Of a stretch of 33,254 nucleotides of DNA, positions 9,752 through 19,900 are shown in pieces. This stretch comes from Anaerohalosphaeraceae bacterium (GTDB lineage: Bacteria; Planctomycetota; Phycisphaerae; Sedimentisphaerales; Anaerohalosphaeraceae). The notes below the pieces were generated by a model. That model was not told the DNA's origin, searched no databases, and saw only the letters and a list, made by a program, of their open reading frames with translations. Every line of letters begins with the position of its first letter. Positions within the stretch are counted from its first letter, which is position 1. The position numbers and the translations under genes were made by a program. The stretch covers positions 1-33,254 of the forward strand of contig JBNRMN010000045.1 of assembly GCA_050309605.1 (NCBI GenBank), given 5' to 3'.

Positions 9752-9780
9752 AAATTACCACAAAACGCCGCATTTGTCAA
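9752..9780 (-). promoter_or_regulatory. Putative sigma70 promoter of rmlACDB
   Basis: TTGACA (9780-9775), 17 nt spacer, TAATTT (9757-9752), with an extended -10 TG. Confidence 0.5.
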
Positions 9781-9925
9781 TACCCTTATAAAAGTCGGTC
9801 GTTTCGCAGCAAAAATCTCAAAAAAAAACGTAAATATTGACGATTTTGACAATTATACAATAGAGGTTTGTGTAAGCTAAACAGTTCAGCGTAATACCCG
9901 GCAACATTTTTTGAAAGGGTCCGCA

Positions 9926-10843
9926 ATGAGTAATTCGCCGCATACAAAAGCCTTCACCTTAATTGAGCTGCTGGTGGTCATTGCAATCGTCGCCCTGCTG
10001 TTAAGCATCATCGTTCCCTCGCTTCAAAATGCCAAACGTTACGCCGCCGCCGCCGTGTGCCTGGCCAATATCAGTCAGTTGGGCAAGGCCTGGATGCTGT
10101 TCGCTGAAGACAACGGCGGCTATCTCATCGACGGCGACACGTCTGACGAACGCGGGAACAACGCCGGCTATTCGGTATATAACCGTGCTTTTTGGGGAGA
10201 CAGCGACGGGATTCGGGTGCATAACTGGGTTGGCCGTCCGATGGGGCCTAACGGCGAAGACAGGAATGACAGCATCGAAGACAAAGTCCACGGTTTTCAA
10301 AAAGGCGCATTATGGCCTTACATCGAAGCCCCCAAAGCCTATAACTGCCCTGCGGACAAGCGGTTCCTCAACCGGGCGGTCTATCCGCTCAACAGCAAAA
10401 CCGCCAACCCGCCCGGCTTGTGGGTCGGCGGGTATCGCACCTATTCTATCGGAAAACCGCTGTCTCTGAGACCCACCGGCAACAACGATCCAACAGGCGA
10501 AATGACGGTCGAAATCAGAAAGTCAGCGGAGTTTTCCAATCCATCGGTTAAAATCGTGTTTCTGGAAGAGACCGACGGCTACGGCTGGAATCATCGTACG
10601 TGGAATATGAATCTCCGGCAGCCTCAGTGGGTCGATCCGTTCGCGATCCTGCACAATGACAGCAGCACCTTTGTCTTTGCCGACGGCCACGCCGACCGGC
10701 GGAAATGGGTTGATCAGCAGACCCGCGACATGGCCGAGGCCCAGGAAAAAGGCTGGTCGGCTATCGATCCGGCGACAGGCTCGACCGAAGATTATACGTG
10801 GTTCAGACGAGCTTACATCCCCGGCCGCCCCCCAAGTTTCTGA
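9926..10843 (+). CDS. Prepilin-type N-terminal cleavage/methylation domain protein with C-terminal H-X9-DG motif (DUF1559-like)
   Basis: KAFTLIELLVVIAIVALLLSIIVPSL, CLANISQLG, YNCPAD and HNDSSTFVFADGHA; ATG 9926 follows GAAAGGG. Confidence 0.9.
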   Translation: MSNSPHTKAFTLIELLVVIAIVALLLSIIVPSLQNAKRYAAAAVCLANISQLGKAWMLFAEDNGGYLIDGDTSDERGNNAGYSVYNRAFWGDSDGIRVHNWVGRPMGPNGEDRNDSIEDKVHGFQKGALWPYIEAPKAYNCPADKRFLNRAVYPLNSKTANPPGLWVGGYRTYSIGKPLSLRPTGNNDPTGEMTVEIRKSAEFSNPSVKIVFLEETDGYGWNHRTWNMNLRQPQWVDPFAILHNDSSTFVFADGHADRRKWVDQQTRDMAEAQEKGWSAIDPATGSTEDYTWFRRAYIPGRPPSF

Positions 10844-10933
10844 TATGTCTTTCTCTGGATTCAACCTCTTTGACTGCGTCAGGCGATATGGGCGATAATA
10901 TTGAGGTCGCGTATTGAATCAGTTGTTACAACA

Positions 10934-11344
10934 ATGTGGGAACATTTTCAGCATATAGCGGATGTGGGAATTCGGGGAATAGGCCGAACAATCAACGAAG
11001 CCTTCGCCGAAGGAGCGTATGCCCTGACAGCGGTCATCCTTGACCCCGATACAGTGCGACCCGATACGTGCGTTCAAGTGCATTGCGAAGCCGATGATCT
11101 GGATTTGTTGTTTGCCGACTGGCTCAACTCGCTGATCTATGAAATGGACGTTCGCAACAGGGTGTTTGGGCGTTTTGAGGTCGAAATTGACGGCGCACAA
11201 CTTTTCGGGCGCGCATGGGGTGAGCCGTTCGACGCCGACCGTCATGCCATCGCCGTGGGCGTCAAGGCCGCAACCTATATGGAGTTGGCGGTTTATCAGG
11301 GCAACGACGGCCTGTGGGTCGCGCAATGTGTGGTGGATGTCTGA
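10934..11344 (+). CDS. Archease
   Basis: WEHFQHIADVGIRG, LFADWLNSLIY, VKAATY and C-terminal CVVDV. Confidence 0.9.
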   Translation: MWEHFQHIADVGIRGIGRTINEAFAEGAYALTAVILDPDTVRPDTCVQVHCEADDLDLLFADWLNSLIYEMDVRNRVFGRFEVEIDGAQLFGRAWGEPFDADRHAIAVGVKAATYMELAVYQGNDGLWVAQCVVDV

Positions 11345-11356
11345 CGGCGCCGCTGA

Positions 11357-12022
11357 TCAGGGATTAACGATTTCCACCGACTCGATTATCAACGGCGTAA
11401 CCGGCACATCGCCATGGGGACCGACCTGCTGTGTGGGTACAGCGGCGATCTTATCCACCACCTCCATCCCGCTGATGACCTTGCCGAACACGGCGTATCC
11501 TTCACGGCCCGGCCCTGCGTAGTCCAGAAACGCATTGTTTTGATGATTGATGAAAAATTGACTGGTCGCGCTGTCCGGTTGCGGCAAACGCGCCATCGCA
11601 ATGGTTCCCCGCAGGTTCTTCAGGCCGTTGGACGCCTCATTTTTAATCGGTGATCGGGTGGTTTTTTGCTGCATTTCCGGCGTAAAACCGCCGCCTTGAA
11701 TCATAAAATTCGGGATAACCCGATGAAAAATCGTCCCGTCGTAAAACCCGCTGCTGGCGTAGGACAGAAAATTATCGACTGTAACGGGCGCCTTTTCGGA
11801 ATCCAGCTCAATCAAAATGACGCCCATTGAGGTTGTCATCTTCACCCGCGGCGGTGCAGACTCGCTCGGCGGTGCAGAATCGGCCGATCGCTGAGTCGTC
11901 GCCGGTTCCTCTGCCGCCTCGGACTCGGCGGGACTGGTCCGGGTCGCAGATTCCGATTCTGTATCCCGGGCCGCACAGCCCAGCATCAATACAGCACAAC
12001 AACATACGGCGATATATTTCAT
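11357..12022 (-). CDS. Cyclophilin-type peptidyl-prolyl cis-trans isomerase, predicted lipoprotein
   Basis: Lipobox-like LMLGC, low-complexity linker, then [37 protein letters not shown] and YAVFGKV; GGAGGT RBS before ATG 12022. Confidence 0.93.
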   Translation of the reverse strand: MKYIAVCCCAVLMLGCAARDTESESATRTSPAESEAAEEPATTQRSADSAPPSESAPPRVKMTTSMGVILIELDSEKAPVTVDNFLSYASSGFYDGTIFHRVIPNFMIQGGGFTPEMQQKTTRSPIKNEASNGLKNLRGTIAMARLPQPDSATSQFFINHQNNAFLDYAGPGREGYAVFGKVISGMEVVDKIAAVPTQQVGPHGDVPVTPLIIESVEIVNP

Positions 12023-12128
12023 AACAAATACCTCCATTAAGACAATGAAATGACATTTACAAAGAACTATACCGCCAACGGCTCAAGTTTCAACACTTCT
12101 TTGGAATTTATTGTGCTGCCTTTCTGTC

Positions 12129-12160
12129 AAAAAAACGAGCGGCGCATAAAGCGCCGCCCG
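12129..12160 (-). terminator. Rho-independent terminator of the DNRLRE-domain gene
   Basis: Minus strand CGGGCGGCGC-TTTAT-GCGCCGCTCG followed by T7, 30 nt after the stop codon. Confidence 0.75.
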
Positions 12161-12190
12161 CCGAAAAAAATCTGTTGTTATCCGTTTCCC

Positions 12191-14203
12191 TTATGGACAA
12201 TCCAAACTGCTGCAATCCAGCCATTCCGAAGCCAGTATCGCAAAATCAAGCAGGTCCACATAGCAGTCACTGTTCAAATCGGACGCAATCGGCGTATAAT
12301 CGGGCATGTTCTGAGCCGCATCGCACGCATTGTAGCCGACATAGATCTGAACTGTATCAGCATCTGAAAGCTGGCCGTCATCGGCCTCAAACCGGAAGAC
12401 ATAGAAGCCGACCTCTGACAGTTCGACCTGGGTTTCAAGGACGTCATCGGGATCGATTTCCACTTCCGGCCCGCTGACCTGCGTCCACTTATACGTCATC
12501 GCCCCAGGAGGATCGGGCAATCCGTCATCGGTAGCCTCGGCGCTGAGTGTGACCACCGCATTTCCGTCGTTCGGCGCCGAATCAGGCGTATAAGTCAACG
12601 TCAGCAACGGCCGACTATCGGGATCGTCATTTTCTTTGGTACCCAGACCGTACCCTCTGTCATTGGTCGCGGGATTGGCAATGACGAACGTCACCAGGCC
12701 GTTGTCATCAATCCGGCTCTTGAGGAAATTGACCAGGGTTTCACCGGAAATAGTAATCGTCGTTCCGACACCGCCGTCGCCGTCCATGGTTTCGGTAATC
12801 CCTTCCACCGTCCCATCCAGATTGGTCAGGCGGCCGCCCTCCAGATCAAGCGGAAAGGCCCACTCCGCGCCGGCATTGTCGGGGATCAGCCCGGCTTCAC
12901 TCCAGTTCTGCGGTGTGTTGCCTTCCACATCGTTTAACCCGTACAGCGCAAAACGGTCATTGTTCACGGCGTCATTGCGAGACGCGCCGCCGACTTTCGT
13001 CAGTGTCAAGGAGACATTGTCAATCTCACCGGGACCCATGGCCGAAAGCGAAGAAAGATCAAATCGCAGATAACCTCGGAAGGCCCATGACGAAGCGCCG
13101 CGAATGTCCATAAATCCCAGATCACCGCGAGGCGTAGCGTCGCGCAGGTAGGTATCCGCGTCGCTGGTGGTCGAGACAACCGCTTTGTTCAGCCAGACAT
13201 ACTGATCGTCGCCGGCACTGACAACCGGAGCGGCATTGAACGTATCAAAGACCCAAACGAAACCGGGCACCGTCCGATCCGGGAACGAACTGTCGTGAAT
13301 GTTCACCGCCCAGTAATAGGTCTTGAACTGCTCCAGCGGGGGCAAAGCAACCGAATTGCCCGTAACGCCGGCAGCCAGCAGATCCAGTCCGTAATCGGGC
13401 AGCAGCACATTCGGCTCGGTTGCGCCGAAATACACATCACACGTAATTGTCTCACCGGGATTGTTGGGGTCCGGGTTGGTCCAGGTCAATACGTCCAGGC
13501 TCGGTGAAACAGTCGTATAGGGAGCCGGGACGGGATCGTACGCGCGAGCAACGATATCGTTCGAGTCGGGAAGAACCAGCGTCGGCGCCATATACGTGTC
13601 GTGTTCTTTGGTTGCAATCTCGGTTTCATCGTCCTGGCCGACCATCAACAGGGTAATCAAGCCGTTGGTCTTGGAGGCGATAAACCCGGCCAAATCCAAA
13701 TCGAGGGGATTGGTCGTCAGGATGGCCGGGGCATCTTCACTGGAGGTTTGAAACGTCCCCAGATAAGTCGTTCGGGACTCGTCAAGGACCAGTTGCCCCG
13801 GATCTGCCGGATCAAGCCCCGGTGCGGTATTAAAAGTGATGCCGCCGGTGCCGCTTTCAATCCAGGTATCGAGGCTTGCGTCTGTCAGACCGTACACATC
13901 CACGATTTTTCCGCCGGATTTCATCCACGTGGTTTCGAACATCAAATACGCTCCGGTCGGATCGGTTAAAATATCCTGCAGGTCAAACCGGAGATAGGCC
14001 ACGCGGAGCCGGTTATTGGAATTGTTCCGCAGCCGCATTCGGTTTTCGGTCCCGAAATTGGCATCGGGACTCAAACTGTCGATGTCGTTGGCGACATACG
14101 TATCGGCGCCTGCGCCGTAATCCGTTGAGCGAATGATTTCTGCCTGAGCAACAAGCCCGAGCACACCCACCAACACCATCGTTAACCACATTGTTTTTCT
14201 CAT
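12191..14203 (-). CDS. Secreted multidomain protein: two DNRLRE/CBM96-like domains, Ig/PKD-like domains and a dockerin-like C-terminal module
   Basis: Signal peptide; ADTYV...AYLRFDL and ADTYL...GYLRFDL repeats; TYYWAV; DDGLP..MTYKWTQVSGP; C-terminal DLNSDCYVDLLDFAILASEWLDC. Confidence 0.75.
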   Translation of the reverse strand: MRKTMWLTMVLVGVLGLVAQAEIIRSTDYGAGADTYVANDIDSLSPDANFGTENRMRLRNNSNNRLRVAYLRFDLQDILTDPTGAYLMFETTWMKSGGKIVDVYGLTDASLDTWIESGTGGITFNTAPGLDPADPGQLVLDESRTTYLGTFQTSSEDAPAILTTNPLDLDLAGFIASKTNGLITLLMVGQDDETEIATKEHDTYMAPTLVLPDSNDIVARAYDPVPAPYTTVSPSLDVLTWTNPDPNNPGETITCDVYFGATEPNVLLPDYGLDLLAAGVTGNSVALPPLEQFKTYYWAVNIHDSSFPDRTVPGFVWVFDTFNAAPVVSAGDDQYVWLNKAVVSTTSDADTYLRDATPRGDLGFMDIRGASSWAFRGYLRFDLSSLSAMGPGEIDNVSLTLTKVGGASRNDAVNNDRFALYGLNDVEGNTPQNWSEAGLIPDNAGAEWAFPLDLEGGRLTNLDGTVEGITETMDGDGGVGTTITISGETLVNFLKSRIDDNGLVTFVIANPATNDRGYGLGTKENDDPDSRPLLTLTYTPDSAPNDGNAVVTLSAEATDDGLPDPPGAMTYKWTQVSGPEVEIDPDDVLETQVELSEVGFYVFRFEADDGQLSDADTVQIYVGYNACDAAQNMPDYTPIASDLNSDCYVDLLDFAILASEWLDCSSLDCP

Positions 14204-14274
14204 AACAAATCCTCCGATAAAACAACACTATTGTTTTATTGAGCCATTACCCAGCGTAATGACCCTCATTATTC

Positions 14275-15951
14275 CTATTCCAAAATTAAATACGGATGCC
14301 CGAATACGCACCAGTCGTATCCGATACCGTGTCGATCTTCAATTTCGTCATACACCCCGCCGTCGGTAACGACAAGCGTCAAAAAACGGTCCGTGTCATG
14401 GATCTCGATGGAGATGGTTTGAACATCGCCCCGCTGCATCGGTTCGGCGTTGTGATATCGCAACCGCCCGTCCACCAGCACCCAGAAATCCGCCCCGTAA
14501 CACTTTGGCGCCAAACCACTGATGCCGACCTTGCTTTGAAAGCGGGCTATGCCGGCTCCGGCAAAATGGGAACGGAACCGGCTCAGGTCAAACGTGATGC
14601 CGGCGTTTGAATGCAAAAGAATCGACGGATTGTCCGACTGTGAATAATTTACTTCGCCCAATAAAAGCGGAAACTGCGTCTCCAGATCAGCAAGGCTGAT
14701 GGTCGAAGCCGTATTAACGATGTCCGCAAAGAAATAGCCGCTTGTCGGCGGACACTCGGCAAAGCGATGGCCGGCCGACGAAACAATCTGGTCCGTTTCA
14801 CCGTTCGGCACAAAAACGCCGTCGATAAATTCATTGGCAGAGACCGGAACAAACACATTGGTTCGTCGTCGCGTACTGTTTTCACCGCTGCCAAACAGAC
14901 CGGTGGCGGGATTGACGCCGATATCCTTACGGCCGGTTCCGAAGCCGTCGCCATCACCGACCACATCGGCCAGATTGATCTCTGTCCGTCCCCGCCACCG
15001 CTGCCCCGTTCGGGAATCAATGTCATGCGTAAACACGTCGCCGCGCAGCGGAATGTCTTTGACCGTATGTCCGGTAGAATCCACACGCAGGGCATGTCCG
15101 GCGAATACTTCGGTCGTGGTTCGCGGAAATTGACTCTGTCCGGCGATCAGCAGGGTCTTGCCCTTGAACATGTGCAATTCGGTTTCACCCTTCCGCTCGA
15201 CATAAACTCCGAACCGGGTTCCAAGATCAATAATCTTCGAATTGGGCGTCTGTACGGTAAATCCATTGCCGCGTTCGGATACCGAGGCGAAAATCCGTCC
15301 GTGATGCAGAATGATTTCATCGGGGCTGGTCCAATTGAATCGGGCGGGCGCTTCCAGAACGAGATGGACCCCCTTGTCCGATTCAATCTTGAGGATTCCC
15401 CGCTGCAATTCAATCGGCTCTGACGAGGCCGTCAGCCGCACCCCCTTTTGCGGCGACAGCGGCGATGTCCATTGCGTATCAATTGAATCGACCAACGTAG
15501 CGACTTCATACGAGCTGCGCGGATTCAGCACGACATACGTCACCATCATCAGCAGCGCCGCCAGCGAGGTCACAAATGTAACAATCGACAGTCGTGAGAC
15601 GGGATGCGGTACTGTTTCCACGTGGGCTTTGGTCACCGGCATGGCGACCTCCGAAGACGGCACCACGACCGCTTCGGCATGGTTTTCATATTCGGCCAAA
15701 ACCCGCAGCATATCCAGCGTAACAGCCGGAGCAGCCGCCGGGTCAATCGCGCAGGGTACGGGACGGGCGGCGGACTGAAAATTGCATAAATCCGTACACA
15801 GATACACATAATCCAGATAATACTCCCTGGCCCAGGAGTACTGTTCGAGCATGCCATTCAGCTCGGCAAACTGCTTTTCTGTCAGTACGCCGTCGCGCAG
15901 GGCGCCGCACAGGTGCATCAGGTGATTTAGCTGTTCGGGCGGAACGGTCAC
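14275..15951 (-). CDS. FecR-family anti-sigma/sensor with C-terminal NPCBM/NEW2-like domain
   Basis: N-terminal anti-sigma helices, one TM segment, FecR motif GFTVQTPNSKIIDLGTRFGV, and C-terminal HSNAGITFDL...FLTLVVTDGG...DWCVFGHP. GTG 15951 overlaps the sigma stop and follows AGGAGG. Confidence 0.82.
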   Translation of the reverse strand: MTVPPEQLNHLMHLCGALRDGVLTEKQFAELNGMLEQYSWAREYYLDYVYLCTDLCNFQSAARPVPCAIDPAAAPAVTLDMLRVLAEYENHAEAVVVPSSEVAMPVTKAHVETVPHPVSRLSIVTFVTSLAALLMMVTYVVLNPRSSYEVATLVDSIDTQWTSPLSPQKGVRLTASSEPIELQRGILKIESDKGVHLVLEAPARFNWTSPDEIILHHGRIFASVSERGNGFTVQTPNSKIIDLGTRFGVYVERKGETELHMFKGKTLLIAGQSQFPRTTTEVFAGHALRVDSTGHTVKDIPLRGDVFTHDIDSRTGQRWRGRTEINLADVVGDGDGFGTGRKDIGVNPATGLFGSGENSTRRRTNVFVPVSANEFIDGVFVPNGETDQIVSSAGHRFAECPPTSGYFFADIVNTASTISLADLETQFPLLLGEVNYSQSDNPSILLHSNAGITFDLSRFRSHFAGAGIARFQSKVGISGLAPKCYGADFWVLVDGRLRYHNAEPMQRGDVQTISIEIHDTDRFLTLVVTDGGVYDEIEDRHGIGYDWCVFGHPYLILE

Positions 15952-16493
15952 AAGGCCCCTCCTTCCGCCAAAGTTCGGCGTATGCACAACAGCAGCTTGG
16001 TATGAATTTTGTTCAAAAGACGATACAATACGTGCAGTTCTTTGCCGGTTTGCTGCGACACACTTTTGGTCGAACCGCCCGGCTGATACCGCAGCTCAAT
16101 GAGCATCTGTTCGTTGGATTTCAGCTTGTCAAGGCACTGTTTCAAGGCTGACAGCCGTTCATCGAGATTGGCGTCTTTGGATGCGCTCAATTGGGCCAGC
16201 GACTCCATTGCCGCTTCGCTGAAATAAAGTTTATCTTTTTTTCGGGTTTTACAGTAATTCAAGACCTGATTATGCGCGATTCTCATCGCCCAGGCGGGGA
16301 AATTGGTGCCGCGTTCGAACTGATCGAATTTTGCCCACAGTACCGACGCGGTTTCCTGAATAATATCATCAACATCCGACCAATTCGGAATCAGTGCGCG
16401 TACATAGCCGTACAACCGCCGCTCATTGGTCAGATACAGCTTGATAAAAAGCTGATAATCCTCCGATTTCCGGTTTTTACCGTCCTTCAACAT
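15948..16493 (-). CDS. ECF RNA polymerase sigma-70 factor (Rhodopirellula/Verrucomicrobium type)
   Basis: LYGYVRALIP, DDIIQET..VLWAKFDQFERGTNFPAWA, ALKQCLDKL and LLLCIRRTL; ATG 16493 (TTG 16514 is an alternative start). Confidence 0.9.
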   Translation of the reverse strand: MLKDGKNRKSEDYQLFIKLYLTNERRLYGYVRALIPNWSDVDDIIQETASVLWAKFDQFERGTNFPAWAMRIAHNQVLNYCKTRKKDKLYFSEAAMESLAQLSASKDANLDERLSALKQCLDKLKSNEQMLIELRYQPGGSTKSVSQQTGKELHVLYRLLNKIHTKLLLCIRRTLAEGGAL

Positions 16494-16818
16494 CGACAAA
16501 TTCAAACCATCCAAGGCATTCTTCTTTGTGTGATGATCTCGACCAATGGGGATATGGAAGATTGGCTGAAAAATTTACACAATTTTTTTCATAATCTTGT
16601 AAACGTCAACCAGTTAACCATGACTTTGCCCCCTCCTGTTCCGATGTGCAGCGCAGCGACCCGCGCGCCGGTGGTTTGCCGGAGCCTGGGGGCGAATACC
16701 ATATTAAGACATTAAGCACCCAAAACCCCAATGACTTACTCTAACCAACTGAAAGCCGGCCACATCTTAATATAACTATAATCTATAAAATAATTTACAG
16801 TGTTTTGAAAAAGTCAAT

Positions 16819-16846
16819 AAAAGGCTCGCCCGAAAGGGCGAATCCT
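16819..16846 (-). terminator. Rho-independent terminator downstream of the GH43-like/GH106 gene
   Basis: Minus strand AGGATTCGCCC-TTTC-GGGCGAGCC followed by TTTTATT. Confidence 0.6.
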
Positions 16847-16909
16847 CGATTTTGATCTTTTTTTTGATTTTTGATTTCTCGCTGGCCAACGATCCGTTTG
16901 AGCAATAAA

Positions 16910-19900
16910 TCAGCTCGGCGAACGTCCTGCGAGCGCATCCGCCTCCAGACGTTCATGCGGGATAAGACGTATCGGCCCCAAAAGCCCGGATTCACGAAGC
17001 GGCCAGTCCGAAGCATCAAAGGGACGATAATCGATGTTCACCACGTTGATATCCAGAAAATACTTCCAGCTGACCTCTCTCCGATCCAAATCGCGAATGC
17101 GGTTGGCCGGCAGATTAGTCACTTCGACGATCAGTGTGTTTTTGCCGGTGTGAAGCAGCGCCCCATCAAACTCAATCGCGTAAGGCTCGCAGATCAGCGT
17201 TCCCAGACAAACACCGTTCAAATACACCTTCGCGGTTTCACAGACTTGCCCCAAGTCCAGCCGCCAGGAATCGGCTGGATCATTCGGCGGGTCAAACTCA
17301 AGGGTGTATCGCCCCGTTCCGGCAAAGCGTTGGGCCTGCTCGTCATCGCGCCCTGTCCAGCATGTCAGTTCAGTGGTTTCAAAAGACTGCGGCAGAGTCG
17401 GACCGCCGTCGATGAACTCCACATTCCATATGCCTTGCAGTGTGTACGATGAGCCGGCCTGCCGCGTGTACGGCCAAGACGGGCCGGTCAGCTCGGCATC
17501 GGCGAACGTCCGCAAAATCAGCGATTGGCCCGGCTGGATCTGGAGATAGACTTGTGTACGGCCATCCGGTGTTTGCCGCACGACCGCCGGCCCTTTGCGA
17601 TGTTCAAACATCGGATCCATCAAGGCCGCCGAACGAGCCGAGCGCGCCAGTGTGATCCATCCATCCAGCGGCTCATCGCCAAGGTGAGCCAGAAAATAAT
17701 GATGTCCCTTTGAATGGGTGCGGCGCACCATTCGCAGTCCGCTGTCAACTGCCGACTCGCGCCGCAGGCCGGCGGCATTGAGCATCTTTTCAAGATCGCC
17801 GACCATTACCCGACCGGAACCGACCGTCCGCTGCCAAATCGAATCACGTTGCGGCTCAAAATAGCCCAGCGTCTGAAGGTGCCGCCGCAATATCCGACGG
17901 CGATTGCCGATATCAGACAGCCCCGGAACATCCTGCGGCGGCGCGTCAACAAACAGCACCGTCGCCCCCCGGCGCGCCAGCGACAGCACATTCTCAAGCG
18001 TTGCCGGCGACATCACACGACACGGCGGCACAACGACGACCCGATAGCGGCCGCTGCCAAGTTCAACAGCACCCTCGGCCCAGCGGGCCTTGCCCAACAA
18101 ACGATCTGAGACATAATCGGCCGGATAACCTTTTTCCCAGAGCGTCGCGGCGGCCTGATAAAACGGCGACGTCCAGAGCCACTTGTCCTGATTGTGTATC
18201 GTCAGCGTCATCATCAGACCTTCAGCCGAATGCCACAAATCGTCCAGCGGCCAATACAGCAGCACATCGTTGTCGGGCCGGCCGGATTGCAGAATCGATT
18301 GACACCGCGTGACATAGGCGTTATAGGCCGGCAGGTCTTTCCACAGTCCGCCGGTCGGCCCCATATTCACCGATGCATAAAACTGCCAGCCCGGCCAGGG
18401 GACGTCCTGCGGCGAGTAGGGAATCCCGTGGAAAAACAGATGATTGACGCCGCCCAGAAACAGCAGGTCGGTGGCCGCTTTGATCTCGGCCAGGGATGTC
18501 TGAAAGTGCTCGCCCAGCCAGGTAAAGGACTCGGATGAGGCATAGGGCCTGCCCGTTAAATGCGCCGCGGAAGAACTGAATTTGAGCATTGGAATCTGCC
18601 GCTGATCGACTGTGCGGAAGATTTCGGTTTCCGGAATATCGGCCGCCGCATATAAATCAATCAGATTGGCCGGTGCCCCATGTGCCTGATTGCGCGACAA
18701 GCCGCCATACCGATGACACCACTGCGTCCACTGTTCAATGTAGGCAATATGCAGATCGGACATCGTTCGGCGGTAATCGCTCTTGACGCGGGCGGCCATT
18801 TCCTGGTCGCCGTCGCCGAACAGCGCTTCGATATGATCGCGCACATCATAGCCGCGCAACGTCTTAAACACCTCAAAGACATCGCGCGTCCACGTGGCGT
18901 TGTAATACTCGAATGAATCGTGAAAGTGGCCGCGGGGCAGCGGCGCGTCAAAATTCTCAAACGCCTTGTCAAAAACGCCCAGATACTGGTCCAAAGCCGT
19001 TGTCGAATACGGATCGAGCACATAGCCTTCGCCGCCGGGCGCAGCGCGTTTGACGCGCTGGACACGATTGCGCACACCAACAGCATAAATGAGCCACTTG
19101 CCCTGCGGGGCCTGCCAGTCCAGACGGCGTCCGCTGACCTGGTCGGTTACATCGACGCGCTGCCCTTCGCTTGAGACCGCCAATACATACCGCATCGGCA
19201 TCGCGGGCAGCGGCTCCTCAAGACGGCCGCCGTTTTCCAGTTCATAGCGATTCAGCGACACCGCCGTTGAGGTTGTCTCGTCGGTTACGCCGATACCGCC
19301 GAACGGCCAGCCGGTGCCGGTGGTCAAATCCACCCCCAAGCCAAGGCGTTGGGCTTCCTGTGTGGTATGAGCCAGCATGTCCATCCAGCGGGACGTGAGA
19401 AAGTCGATATGGCGGTCTTCGTACCCCTTGACGCCGTAGATCGGACAAATCTCAACGCCGCCCAGGCCGCCCTGCCTAAACTGTGTCAGTTGCGCCGTCA
19501 GATTCTCTTTATCCACGGCGCTGCCCAGCCACCACCATCGCGTCCAGGGACGATTCTCCTGGGTCGGCGCCGGCCAGGCCAGCGCCGCGGTCGCGTCGAT
19601 TTCGGTTTGCAGCGGCGGGATCAAGCGGATCGAGGTTGGCGCATCACGATCGCAGTCCAGCCGTCCGTCCTGATAGTGAAGCTCGACGACCTGGATTGAA
19701 CTGCGGCGCTGCTCGGTCGTGTCTTTGTCGGCGTCCGGGCCGTGCCGCCCTGGATGAGTAAAATAAAACAGATACGCCCGGTCGCCGCTGACGACCACAT
19801 CGGGATGGCCGCCCTTGACCTGATCATCCGGCCCGGTGCCGGGGGTTTCAAGCAGATTCTGCGGCTGGCGTGTCCAGTCCTCACCGTCTTTGGAGCGATA

